This document shows, piece after piece, positions 18,827-29,900 of a stretch of 64,000 bases of DNA (its first letter is position 1; each line of letters begins with the position of its first letter). Made by a program: the position numbers and the translations under genes. The notes under the pieces were generated by a model, which worked only from the letters and a program-made list of their open reading frames with translations, was not told the DNA's origin and ran no database searches. This DNA comes from Candidatus Helarchaeota archaeon (GTDB taxonomy: Archaea > Asgardarchaeota > Lokiarchaeia > Helarchaeales > RDOG01), in assembly GCA_019058315.1 (NCBI GenBank), contig JAHPZH010000001.1, forward strand, positions 977,432-1,041,431, given 5' to 3'.

Positions 18827-20086
18827 ATGAGTGAAAACTATTATCCTCTTGAAAATGTATTATCATCTGAAGAAGAAAACAAATTTAGAAAAGAAGTCCG
18901 CGAATGGGTATTAAATGAAGTATTACCAGAATCTGATCGCATAGAACATGAAAAGTTATTCCCCAGACATCTATTTAAAAAAATGGGTGAAAGAGGTTAT
19001 TTAAAAGCTCTATTTCCAAAATCAGTCGGAGGAACAGAATTAGGAATCAAATACGGTTTTATTTTATGTGAAGAGATTTCATGGGCATGTAGACCTCTAG
19101 TTGCAGCTTTCGATTGCACAATTTTTGGCTCAATTCCAATTATGCGTTTTGGAACACCTGAACAAATTAAGAAATATCTTCCTGGTGCAATAAATGGAGA
19201 TAAAATAGGTGCAATTGGTATGACCGAACCCAATGCTGGGTCAGATGTGTTTTCAATGAAAACTTATGCAAAAAAAGATTCCAATGGCGATTATATTATT
19301 AATGGAGAGAAGAGATTTATCACAAATGGTTCTCAAGCAGATTTTTTAACTCTTTGGTGTTTGACTGATACAAACGTAAAACCTCACCTAGGGATGAGTG
19401 CATTTATTATAGAACCTTCATTTCAGGGATTTGAAATCGTAGGAGATTTCGAATTAATGGGCTGCCACGGTTTAAAAAATACATATATGCGGTTCAATAA
19501 TATGAAGGTTCCAAAAGAGAATTTAATAGGGCTCAAAGAAGGATTAGGAGCGAAAATTCTCTTAGATGAACTTGATAGTGAACGCACTTTGGCAGCCTCG
19601 TCCGCTTGTGGGGGAGCTAGAAGGGCTATAGAAATTGCAGCAAAACATGCTAATGAGAGAAAACAATTTAAAAAAGCATTAAAAAGCTTTGAATGGGTCA
19701 GTTTTACAATTGCAGATATGGCAATTAGATTAGAGGCTGCAAGAAACCTGACATATCAAGCAGCTTGTGTTATTGACGCTGGAAAAGATGCAAGTAAAAT
19801 TGCGGCGATTGCTAAAGTTTATTCAACAGATATTGGTTTCGAATGTGCTAACCTTGCTTTACAGATTTGCGGTGGTTTGGGTTATATGAAAGGAGAATAC
19901 AATAAAGACGCAGGTTCTTATCTTAATCCAAATGGTAGTCCTGCTTATGTAATAGAAAGAGTTTTTCGAGCTACGAGATTAAGTTCAATTACAGCAGGTA
20001 CTAATCAAATATTAAGATACTTGATACAAAGGGAAGTCTTTAAAGAAATGAATCTAAAAACACCAGAAGAAAGTCAAAATTGGTAA
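18827..20086 (+). CDS. Acyl-CoA dehydrogenase
   Basis: GMTEPNAGSD, INGEKRFITNG, ERKQF, ALQICGGLGY, AGTNQI. Confidence 0.95.
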   Translation: MSENYYPLENVLSSEEENKFRKEVREWVLNEVLPESDRIEHEKLFPRHLFKKMGERGYLKALFPKSVGGTELGIKYGFILCEEISWACRPLVAAFDCTIFGSIPIMRFGTPEQIKKYLPGAINGDKIGAIGMTEPNAGSDVFSMKTYAKKDSNGDYIINGEKRFITNGSQADFLTLWCLTDTNVKPHLGMSAFIIEPSFQGFEIVGDFELMGCHGLKNTYMRFNNMKVPKENLIGLKEGLGAKILLDELDSERTLAASSACGGARRAIEIAAKHANERKQFKKALKSFEWVSFTIADMAIRLEAARNLTYQAACVIDAGKDASKIAAIAKVYSTDIGFECANLALQICGGLGYMKGEYNKDAGSYLNPNGSPAYVIERVFRATRLSSITAGTNQILRYLIQREVFKEMNLKTPEESQNW

Positions 20087-20264
20087 ATTGAATCTAGTAT
20101 TAAAATTAATTTATAATTTTTTTATTTTATTCCTTAAATGAATCCACTTGCCTTTTAAAATTCTAATATGAATAAAATAATTAAAGATCCTTTTTTTATT
20201 ATATAATTGACTATTAGATTCATTGATAAATGAATAAAAGGATTGACTGGGCGTTTAGTTATCA

Positions 20265-21413
20265 ATGGTTGATATTGATGAGCGAATTGCAGAATTAAAA
20301 GAAAGATTAAGACAAACCACTCCAAATAAAGCAACTATGAGATCGATATGCCAGATTAAGGCGCAAATAGCTAAGTTGGAGCGAAGAAGGCAAGATAGAA
20401 TCTTCGGTGGGATTGGAAAAGCCTCTGGAACCGGGACCTATGATGTTAAAAAAAGTGGTGATTCCTCTGTTGCTTTAGTGGGGTTTCCATCTGTGGGAAA
20501 AAGCACTTTATTAAACCAACTTACAAATGCTAAAAGCAAAGTTGCTGCTTATGAATTTACTACTTTAAGTGCAATTCCAGGATTAATGGAATATAAACAT
20601 GCCAGAATTATGGTTATAGATCTTCCAGGAATTATTCGAGGTGCAGCACACGGTAAAGGTTTTGGAAAGCGGGTTCTTTCAGTTGCAAAAACCTCAAATT
20701 TGATCCTTATTATGCTAGACATTTGGAATATGCCCCATTTACAATATCGCATGATTCTGGAAGAATTATACAATGTTGGGATACGATTGGATAAATTTCC
20801 CCCCTTAATTAAAATTACACCTTTAAAATCTGGAGGAATTTCTCTTGGATCAACTGTACAACTTAAATCATTGGATCTTGAATTAGCTAAAGAAATATGT
20901 AAAGAATTCCGAATTATAAATGCACAAATTATTGCTCATCAAGACATCACACCTGATGATCTAATTGACCATTTAAATGGTAATTGCGCCTATATACCTT
21001 CAATAATAGTATGTAACAAAATGGATGTTGCTACTCCTGAACAAGAAGAATTCCTTAAAGAATTAGAAAAAGAAGGACATCAAATAATCAGAATTTCAGC
21101 GGAGACCGGAATGAATTTGGGTTTGTTAAGAGAGGAAATATTTCATAAACTAGATCTGATACGAATTTATCTTAAACCAAAGGGAGAAAAAGCAGATTTA
21201 ATTGAACCTCTAATTGTTCCAAGAGATTCGAAAGTAGGTCAGGTTGCGGGAAAAATTCATCGAGATTTTGTAGATCGTTTCCGATATGCTTTTGTCCAAC
21301 ATGCAATAAAAAATGATGAAAATGTTCGTCCTATAGTAGAAAAACGAAAATGGAAAGTTGGATTAGATTATGTTTTACAAGATTACGATGTTCTGCAAAT
21401 CAATATCAAATAG
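20265..21413 (+). CDS. drg: DRG/Rbg-family OBG GTPase with TGS domain
   Basis: GFPSVGKS (G1), YEFTT (G2), DLPG (G3), NKMD (G4), KIHRDF..F.YA and VGLDYVLQD.DV TGS motifs. Confidence 0.93.
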   Translation: MVDIDERIAELKERLRQTTPNKATMRSICQIKAQIAKLERRRQDRIFGGIGKASGTGTYDVKKSGDSSVALVGFPSVGKSTLLNQLTNAKSKVAAYEFTTLSAIPGLMEYKHARIMVIDLPGIIRGAAHGKGFGKRVLSVAKTSNLILIMLDIWNMPHLQYRMILEELYNVGIRLDKFPPLIKITPLKSGGISLGSTVQLKSLDLELAKEICKEFRIINAQIIAHQDITPDDLIDHLNGNCAYIPSIIVCNKMDVATPEQEEFLKELEKEGHQIIRISAETGMNLGLLREEIFHKLDLIRIYLKPKGEKADLIEPLIVPRDSKVGQVAGKIHRDFVDRFRYAFVQHAIKNDENVRPIVEKRKWKVGLDYVLQDYDVLQINIK

Positions 21414-21569
21414 ATGAATTTTGATCCATTTAGGTTAAATCATATATTTTTAATATAATGCAATAAAAATAAAATGATAAATAATATCTCATATATATGT
21501 AGTAATAAAGTAATTATATAATTAAATAATAATTCAAAATTTCAATTATTAATTAAGGAAGTAGTAGTT

Positions 21570-22262
21570 ATGGACTTATATGATATTTATGTTATTTACA
21601 AAGGAGGGCAGACAATATTCCATAAGAACTTCAGTACTGTAAAAGTTGATCCTGACCTTGTAACTGCGTTCCTTACAGCAGTTACCAATTTCTCCCAAGA
21701 AGTTCTACCTACTGGAGACCCTCTTCGAATTATTGAAAAAGGTTATTCAAAAATTATAATGTCATATGAAGCATTAATAATGAGCGCTTTAATATGCGGA
21801 TCAAATAATCCAGAGGATGTCGAACAATTAAAAGTAAGAATAGATGATATTGTAAAGGAACTACAAGCACAATATTATCCTATTCTTCGTAATTGGGGAG
21901 GAAAAACTTCAGACTTTATGGGTATGGGGGATGTTATTGATGACCATCTAAAAGATATTCTTAGAATTGCACTCCCTCCACCTTTGGAATTAATGTTCTC
22001 TACTCCTGATAAATTCACATTTACAATTGATGAGAGGGGTCTGAATCTATACAATTCATATTTGAGAAATAATAAGGGCTTTAATGCCTTTTTAGGAAAA
22101 CTGGGATTAGAAATCTCTTGGGTAGATAGAGCTTTAAATGCTTTGAGATCGGGAAAGGTCGGTTTACCGGATTTAGCAAATAAATTAGGCTTGGATTTAC
22201 AAATAACCATCGTTTTAATTAGAGATCTTAAACTACGTGGCTTATTGCTTATGGCATTATAA
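21570..22262 (+). CDS. Longin-like domain protein with a C-terminal winged HTH
   Basis: IYVIYKGGQTIFHKNF...DPDLVTAFLTAVTNFSQEV ... F...Y..L.NW.G....F is typical of Asgard longin domains. The C-terminus LPDLANKLGLD...LIRDLKLRGLL is wHTH-like. Confidence 0.75.
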   Translation: MDLYDIYVIYKGGQTIFHKNFSTVKVDPDLVTAFLTAVTNFSQEVLPTGDPLRIIEKGYSKIIMSYEALIMSALICGSNNPEDVEQLKVRIDDIVKELQAQYYPILRNWGGKTSDFMGMGDVIDDHLKDILRIALPPPLELMFSTPDKFTFTIDERGLNLYNSYLRNNKGFNAFLGKLGLEISWVDRALNALRSGKVGLPDLANKLGLDLQITIVLIRDLKLRGLLLMAL

Positions 22263-22449
22263 AAATATAAAATTTTTAAGTTCAAAACATAAGACTTGCT
22301 TATAAAGATAGTTTTATCTTAAAAATGATATATTTAATATTGAAAAATTCGAAATTTATTTTAATTAAATTCATAATATATTTACAGCATAATATAAAAT
22401 AATTCAAAATTTGGGACATAAAAAAAATTTAGGTATAGGCGTACCCTCT

Positions 22450-23448
22450 ATGTCTGATGATTCTTTAAACCTCGAGTACGTGGCAGACGGTTTAAGATGG
22501 TTGATGAGAAGATTATATCTAAAAATCGCTAAAGATGAAAAATTAGATGAATATTTAAAAACTCCAAGAAGATTCATTGAAATTTTTGCGGCAAAAGGGT
22601 ATAAAAACTTAGGATTATCCGAAGCTTTTTTTAATTATCTTGCAGAATTAGATATTCTTAAACTAGAGGATGAGAAATATGAATGGGATCCTAAGTCAGA
22701 TTCACCATCAAGAAAAATGAGGACAATTGTTGAAAAGGAAGCTATTGCTCAGAAAATGGTTCAGGAAAAAGCAATGGCATTATACGGTATACTAAAAAAA
22801 TTCTCAGAAGGTTTTGTCCAAGTTTTAAAAGGAGAACGGGGAGACCGGGATCACGAATTAGCAATTTGGGATTCTTTATATGTATCGGATCTCTATACAT
22901 ATCTACGAAACGAAGCAATTAAAAGAGCAGGATTTAAAAAAGGTGGGACTTATATAGATCTGGGTTGCAGATCTGGTTGGAGCACAATTAGTCTCTTGGA
23001 AATTTTGCATCCTGAAAAAATTATCGCAATAGATCCCTCGGAAATTATGCTTGAATTGGCTTATGAAAATATACTATCTATGGGCTATAAAGGTAAAGTT
23101 CAACTAGTTCTTGCAGATATTAAAAAACCTATTCAACTTACAGAAAATGTCGATGGAATCTTTGCTAATCTCATTTTTAATAGATTTGAATCTACTGAAA
23201 TAATAGATATTTTGTTTAATATAGCTCCTTTATTAGATAATGAAGGAATATTTGCTGGTCTACAACCTGTTAAAGCAAGCGATACGATAAATTTTGCAGA
23301 ATTAATGCTTTACGCAGATAGCGAATTTAAAGGTTACCCGTCCTTTAATACTATCTATAGGGCCTTTGAAAAAGCAGGATTTGAAGAATTAAAAATTGAA
23401 AAATCAATGTTCTTTAAGGCTAAAATTAAAAAAGAGAAGAAAAAATAA
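22450..23448 (+). CDS. Class I SAM-dependent methyltransferase with a helical / wHTH-like N-terminus
   Basis: YIDLGCRSG motif I, IAIDPSEIMLELA, LADI, DGIFAN, L...G.F. Start at ATG 22450. Confidence 0.85.
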   Translation: MSDDSLNLEYVADGLRWLMRRLYLKIAKDEKLDEYLKTPRRFIEIFAAKGYKNLGLSEAFFNYLAELDILKLEDEKYEWDPKSDSPSRKMRTIVEKEAIAQKMVQEKAMALYGILKKFSEGFVQVLKGERGDRDHELAIWDSLYVSDLYTYLRNEAIKRAGFKKGGTYIDLGCRSGWSTISLLEILHPEKIIAIDPSEIMLELAYENILSMGYKGKVQLVLADIKKPIQLTENVDGIFANLIFNRFESTEIIDILFNIAPLLDNEGIFAGLQPVKASDTINFAELMLYADSEFKGYPSFNTIYRAFEKAGFEELKIEKSMFFKAKIKKEKKK

Positions 23449-23451
23449 ATC

Positions 23452-23459
23452 TTTTTTTT
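23452..23459 (+). terminator. Oligo-T archaeal terminator candidate after the methyltransferase gene
   Basis: T8 tract 3 nt after the stop, between convergent genes. Confidence 0.4.
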
Positions 23460-23530
23460 GAAAATCAATTTGATATAAATTTTCATTTAAATTTGTACTT
23501 AGTGCTATTGTACAAAAAAGAATAAAATAT

Positions 23531-23875
23531 TTAAAGTGGTAGGGGGATTATTTGCTCTAATTGCATTTCTCTAATAGAATCGTCCGAAAACTGATAGAAT
23601 ATTTTCCTACTTTTCTGGGTTATTTCACTTTCAGTCTCTACATAACTGCAGATCTCTTGCTTTTCCCACTTTCTTAAAATCTGCTTAATCATTTGATGAT
23701 ATATTCGATAATAACTCTTTGGCTTTTTTAATCTTGTTAGAACAACCTTGGCTAATTGTGAACTTGGAAATACATTACTATTCCATTTCTGGTAAACTTC
23801 GATAATATAGTCTCGGATGATTTCTATAACTATTGGATTGATTTTGATTTGTCTTTTTCTTCCTCGAGGTGACAT
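23531..23875 (-). CDS. Small basic winged-helix-like protein directly downstream of the giant gene
   Basis: 114 aa, K/R-rich. Helix-(FPSSQLAK)-helix-beta hairpin (ICSYVETE...KIFYQF) pattern. 37 nt from the giant gene's stop. Confidence 0.6.
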   Translation of the reverse strand: MSPRGRKRQIKINPIVIEIIRDYIIEVYQKWNSNVFPSSQLAKVVLTRLKKPKSYYRIYHQMIKQILRKWEKQEICSYVETESEITQKSRKIFYQFSDDSIREMQLEQIIPLPL

Positions 23876-23912
23876 TTCTATCTATATCTTATTATCATTT
23901 ACATATAAAAAA

Positions 23913-26900
23913 TTATACTGGAAGAGGGATTAGCTCTTCTTGTTTATAACCAAGTTTCTTTGCCATGTCTGCAGGTCCTCGTCTTGCTATTGCTATTGAA
24001 ACAACCACAACTCCCGCAACAGCACCAATAAGTATATAAATGATCCATGTCTGGTCTTCTCCACCAAGTATAGGTGGAATGAAAGGTGGCTCTTCTTTAG
24101 GTGCAAATGTAACTACTGTGCGTGCTGATTGAGTACCATTTTGGTATTTTTCATCATATGGTGCAATCCAATAATAATAGGTAAGATAATTTGTAACAGG
24201 TAGACCAGAATCGAAATAGAAATTTTCAGTTGTGTTATCAATCCAAGTAGCATTTGGAAAATAATCTTCAATACCTCTATATATACGATATCCAGCAACG
24301 TCATAAGAATCAAGTGTCGCAGTCCAAGTTAGGTTAACGGAATCAGCACCAATTAAAGTATGGGAAAATCCTACACCACCAACAAAATTTGGTGGGGTTA
24401 TATCAATAATTTGGATTGAATCATACTCCCTTTCAGTTGAATTATCACCAGTCGAATTCCTTCCAATGACTGTATAATAGTAAATACCATCATCAACTCC
24501 CCTATCCCAATAATCAGTAGATGGTGCAGATACTGTTGCTATCAAGTTTGCTGCGTTGGGAGTGAATCCAGAGATGTTACTACGGTGAATATCATATTCA
24601 ATAGGGGTCCAATATATTGAAGTTGTCCATTCAATATGGATATCACCATCTTGATCCGGCAAAATAGGATTTGAAATATTAAGAGCTCTAATATTAATAA
24701 AAGTATCATCTCTATTAAATACAAAGGTATAAGAAGCCGAGTTATCTACGGTGTCATTGAGATATATGTCAATATAATTCAAGCCGAATATCAATTCGGG
24801 ATATAATGCGTCCAGGATTGTTATACTTAAAGAATACTCTTTAAGACGTATATTAGTTCCACTTGTATGATTGGTATAATCATTAATGCTAAACCAAACA
24901 GAATCCACCAACCAATTATCATAAGCAGTGAAATCTATTGTATCACCTGGTCCCTGCCATGTCCAAATGACGGAATTATTTGTATGGCTTGTCAGATTTA
25001 ATTTTGGGGGTTGAGATATCAAATTCCAAGTTATATTGACAATAAACATTTCAGGATTACCAAAATCGTTCTTTGAATCATTATACGAAATTCTAATCGT
25101 AGCTCCTTCAGTCACATTTAAAAGATCAAGAGCATCGTTCGTGCCGGAGGTGGTTAAATTAAAAGTACCTGTGAAAATATCAGTATTTAGACCTGATTCG
25201 GTAAGATTGACAAGAATGAAATCAGAACCGCTAGAAACATTTATTGTGACAGTCTGAACTGATAAATCATCTTTGTTTAAGTCCAAATCTGTAATGTTTA
25301 CATAAACGGTGACATTTTCCTGAGTATATTCTTCTAAATCAGTTACAACAATACCATCTTCGGGTCCCGATATTAAAATAAATACCACAGCTGATTCTCC
25401 ACTTTCTTGTGTTTTCTCGTCATATGCTGTTATCCAATAGAAATAAGGTCCACTACTTAAACCACTACTAGAATTTGAGTCTAGATATGTTAATGCGGTC
25501 ACGTTGTCAATCCAAGAACTTAGCATAAAATTATTTACAATACCTCGGTAGATATTAAACCCAGCCACATCATAGGAATCTGTCGAATTAGCCCAATTAA
25601 GACGGGAATTTTCTGCACCAACTGGAGTACCGGTAAACCCTGGTGAAATCCAGGTCGGTGGAGTTGTATCGATGATTGTTATTGATCGATTTTCCCAATG
25701 AGTTGAATTATCAGTTCCATTAAATCCAATAATTATATAATAGTGAATTCCATCGACAGTTCCATTATCTAAGAAATACATATCACTTATTCCTTGTGCT
25801 ATTCGGTTTGTGGCATTAGGAGTGAAATTCGCGGTGGTACTGCGGTAAATATCAAAGCTAATAGGATTCCATGAGGGCGAAGAGTTCCATTCAATGTGGA
25901 CATTGCCATCCGCATCTGGTTCAATATTTGTTTGATTAAGTGGTCTAATTCTAATTAGAGTGTCATCAATAGTAAATGCAAATGTTGCAAAAGTAACATT
26001 ATTTACGAAACCCACGGTGTCATTAGCAAAAATTTCAATATAATTTGATCCATATGTCCAGTCGGGAGCTGATAAATTAACTTGTATTCCAAATGAATAT
26101 TGATCGAATGGTATTGCAGTAGCATATGTCACATTATTACCACCATTAACTCTATACCAAACAGAATCTACCCGTGCATTGTCAGTTGCAGTGAAATATA
26201 GTAAATCTAAGTTCCAAATAATAGAATTATTTGCAGGATTGTCTAGAGCAATTGTTGGGGGACTTACATCTATACTCCAAGTTATATTGGCAGATTTGCT
26301 TTCAATTAAACCACTGCTATTCATTATATCTAAATAATAAATGAGAATATTAATTCCGCCTGTCACGTTCAACTCGTCAGCTGAATCATTAGTACCAGTG
26401 GTTACCAACGAAAAATTGCCTATAAAAACATTTCTATTAGGATTGGATTCAAAACAAATAATATTAATTTCGTCAGTTGTGGTATTGGCAATTATTGTTA
26501 TATTCTGAATTGATAAATCGTTCTTGTTTAAGTCCAAATCTGTAACGTTAACATAAACAATAACTCCATCACCAAAATACTCTGGTTTATCAGTGACAAT
26601 GACACCATCACCATGTGGGGGCATATCAACATCTCTGCTTGGTAATGATGGTCCACTTGCTTGCTCTTTCTCGTCATATGCTGTTATCCAATAATAATAA
26701 GTTGTTGAAACATTTAAACCTGTGTCCAAATATGTCAATTCGGTCACATTGGCAATCCATTCGCTTGTACCTACACTATCTACTATAGATCGGTTGATTG
26801 AAAATCCAGCTACATCATATGAATCTGTCGAATTGGTCCAAATAAGACGTGCCTGTTCTGCACCAACTGATGTAACGGTAAAAGTTAGTTCGCCTAGATT

Positions 26901-29900
26901 CCAAATTGGTGGAGTTGTATCAATAATTTGGATTGAATCATATTCCCAGCGGGTTGAATTATGAGTTCCATTAAATCCAATAATTGTATAATAATAAAGA
27001 CCATCATCAGTCCCATTATCTATATAATAGTTAGTTGGCCAAGGTATTCCAGTTGCTATTCGGTTTGTAGCGTTGGGTGTGAAGCCGGGGTTGGTACTGC
27101 GGTGAATATCAAAGCTAATAGGATTCCATGCTGATGAAGAGTTCCATTCAATGCGGATATTTCCATCCGGATCTGGAATTACTGGATTTGGAACATCAAG
27201 TGGAATAAGTTTAATTAAGGTATCATCAATAATGAATGAAACATCAAGCGAGGCTACAAGATTTCTAGTGTCATTAGCATAGATAGTAATATTATTTACA
27301 CCGGAAATCCACGGAGCTTCTCCTGTGGCATTTATTGCAAATGAATACTCCTTGAGGTCTACATTGGTAGGAGTAGAATTAGAACCTCCATTAACGCTAT
27401 ACCAAATAGAATCTACAAGCCAATTATCAGAGGCATTGAAATAAAGATAAGTTCCAGACCAAATTACGGAATTATTTGCAGGGCTTTCCAGATTTATTGT
27501 TGGGGATTGAGGTAGCAAATTCCAGGTTAAATCAACCGTCAAGGTTTCAGAAATACCAGAGCTATTCTTTTCATCAAGATATGAAATGGTGATAATGGCA
27601 CCATCAGTTACATTTAACAAATCAAGAGCATCGTTCGTACCAGTAGTAACTAATGTGAAGTTGCCCGTAAAAAGATTAGTATTCAGACTTACTTCAGTAA
27701 GATTGACAAGAATCCAGTCAGAACCACAACTAATGTTTATTGTGACTGTTTGAAGTGTTAAATCGTCTTGGTTTAAGTCCATATCTGTAATATTCACATA
27801 AACTATAGCATTTGCTCCATAATATTCTCCTTCATCACTTTCAACAAAACCGTCTTCTGGTCCAATAATGGTAACAAATCTAGAGAATGATGGTCCACTT
27901 GCTCGCCCTTTCTCGTCATATGCTGTTATCCAATAATAATGTGTCCCTATACTTAAACCTGTGTCTAGATATGTCAATTCGGTTACATTGGCAATCCAAA
28001 CGCTTGTATCTACATCATCTATTGTAGATCGATTGATTGAAAATCCAGCTACATCATAAGCGTCTGTCGAGTTAGTCCAGATAAGACGGGCATTTTCTGT
28101 TCCAACTAGAGTAACAGTAAAAGTTAGATCGCCTAAATTCCAATTCGGTCCGAATATATCGTTAATTAATATTGAACCATATTCCCAGCGAGTCGAATTT
28201 AGAGTCCCGTTAAATCCGATTATTGTATAATAATGAAGACCATCTACAGTTCCATTATCTAAATAATACATATCAGTTATTCCTTGTGCTAGGAGGTTTG
28301 CTGCATTAGGTGTGAATCCTGGGGTGGTGCTGCGGTAAATATAGAAACTTATAGGACTCCATTCTGGCGAAATTGTCCAATTAATAAGGATGTTGCCATC
28401 TGTATCTGGCTCAATATTGGTTTGATTGAGAGGTATAATTTTAATCAAAGTATTATCAATAATAAATGAAATTCTAAGTGTATCTAGAAGGTTAATTGAG
28501 TCATTAGCGTAAATGGTAAGATTATTTTGACCATTAATCCAGTAAGGATCATCTAATGAGGCGTTTATGTCAAATAAATGATCCTTTAGCCCTATGTTGG
28601 TAGCAACTGTAATATTAGGACCTCCATTAATATTATACCAAACTGAATCTAACTTCCAATTATCAGAGGCAGAGAAATGAAGTAAAGTTCCAGACCAATC
28701 AAAGGAATTATTTGCGGGGCTTATCAGATTTAAAGTTGGGGGTAATGGTAATGCGCTATAAGTAATATTAACAAATCTTATTTGAGATGTACCATTTATA
28801 TCTTTTTCATCGAAATATAAAATTGTAACATTTTCACCTATATTTACAAATAAATGATCATCAGGATCGGATGTAGCCAAGGATCCGAGGTCAAATTGAC
28901 CAATAAATGTATCACTATTTGTACCATTTTCGTAGATAATAATATGAATTAGATCTGAAGGACTACTTGTAGCATTAATTGTTGCTGTTTCTTGAGCAGT
29001 CGGAATTTGGTTTAGATCTTTATCTATAATTGCAACAGTAACAGTAACCGGATCTCCAAAATATTCTGGGGATGGTAGATAGATAATGCCATTCGCAGGT
29101 AGTAAGAATTGTGCCTGTCTAAATACATCAACTGGATCTCCTGTAATTTCATTTGCATCCTCATATTTTACTATAATGATAACATTATCATCTACATTTA
29201 TCATTTGCTTTGCATCATCCTTATCTCCTAATGTGAAGTTGAAGTAACCTATAAACTCATCAGTATCTATTCCATTTTCTATTAATTCAATTTTAATTGT
29301 ATTCAGTGATTCATTTCCTTGAGTATAAACACTTACAGGACTGAAAATTGCTGCAATAACATCTTGAGCTAATGGATTTTGGTTTAAATCCTGGTCTCTT
29401 ACTGTAATCATAGCCGTTGTACCCAATCCTTCAAAAGTAAAACCACCAGTTGCATTTGTACTAAGAGTACCCGTATAAGTTTTAATCCAAGTAGAAGTTG
29501 CTACTTGCCAAATCGGATAGCCCTCTGTTGTGTGATTATCATAATAATATACACCAATCGTATCTCCATCTTCAACATGTAAAAACTTTCCATAAGTTGG
29601 TCCATCTGTAAATGAAAAAACAGTAAAGAATTCGGCATCAGTTGGGAAAAGTTCTGACAATATCAAAGTAATACCATTCGGATCACTTGTACTATTTACT
29701 TTTGCTGTCAATGTATCTGGAATAAATGTGACTGCTATGACAGTGAAATCCATATCTATATCATCAATTTGTATTTGGTTATTTTCAGATAAACCATAAT
29801 AAAAAGCTGGTAAGGAAGCTATTGTGGCTGAATGAGTTTGATCCCATGTAGCTGTATCCTTTGGTTGTGCAGGTGCGCCAGAAACGTCATGAGCATCATA

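Noticed and set aside
2728-22285. Short overlapping ORFs (e.g. 2728-2940, 4188-4509, 4891-5196, 5992-6336, 8933-9145, 9287-9547, 10164-11421, 13300-13614, 18997-19233, 20549-20773, 21875-22285)
   Set aside because: They overlap well-supported genes in antisense or alternative frames and show no motifs.
23913-24100. Archaeosortase (PGF-CTERM/PEF) sorting signal
   Set aside because: No PGF/PEF immediately before the TM helix (PPFIPPILGGEDQT), and the tail is longer than typical CTERM tails.
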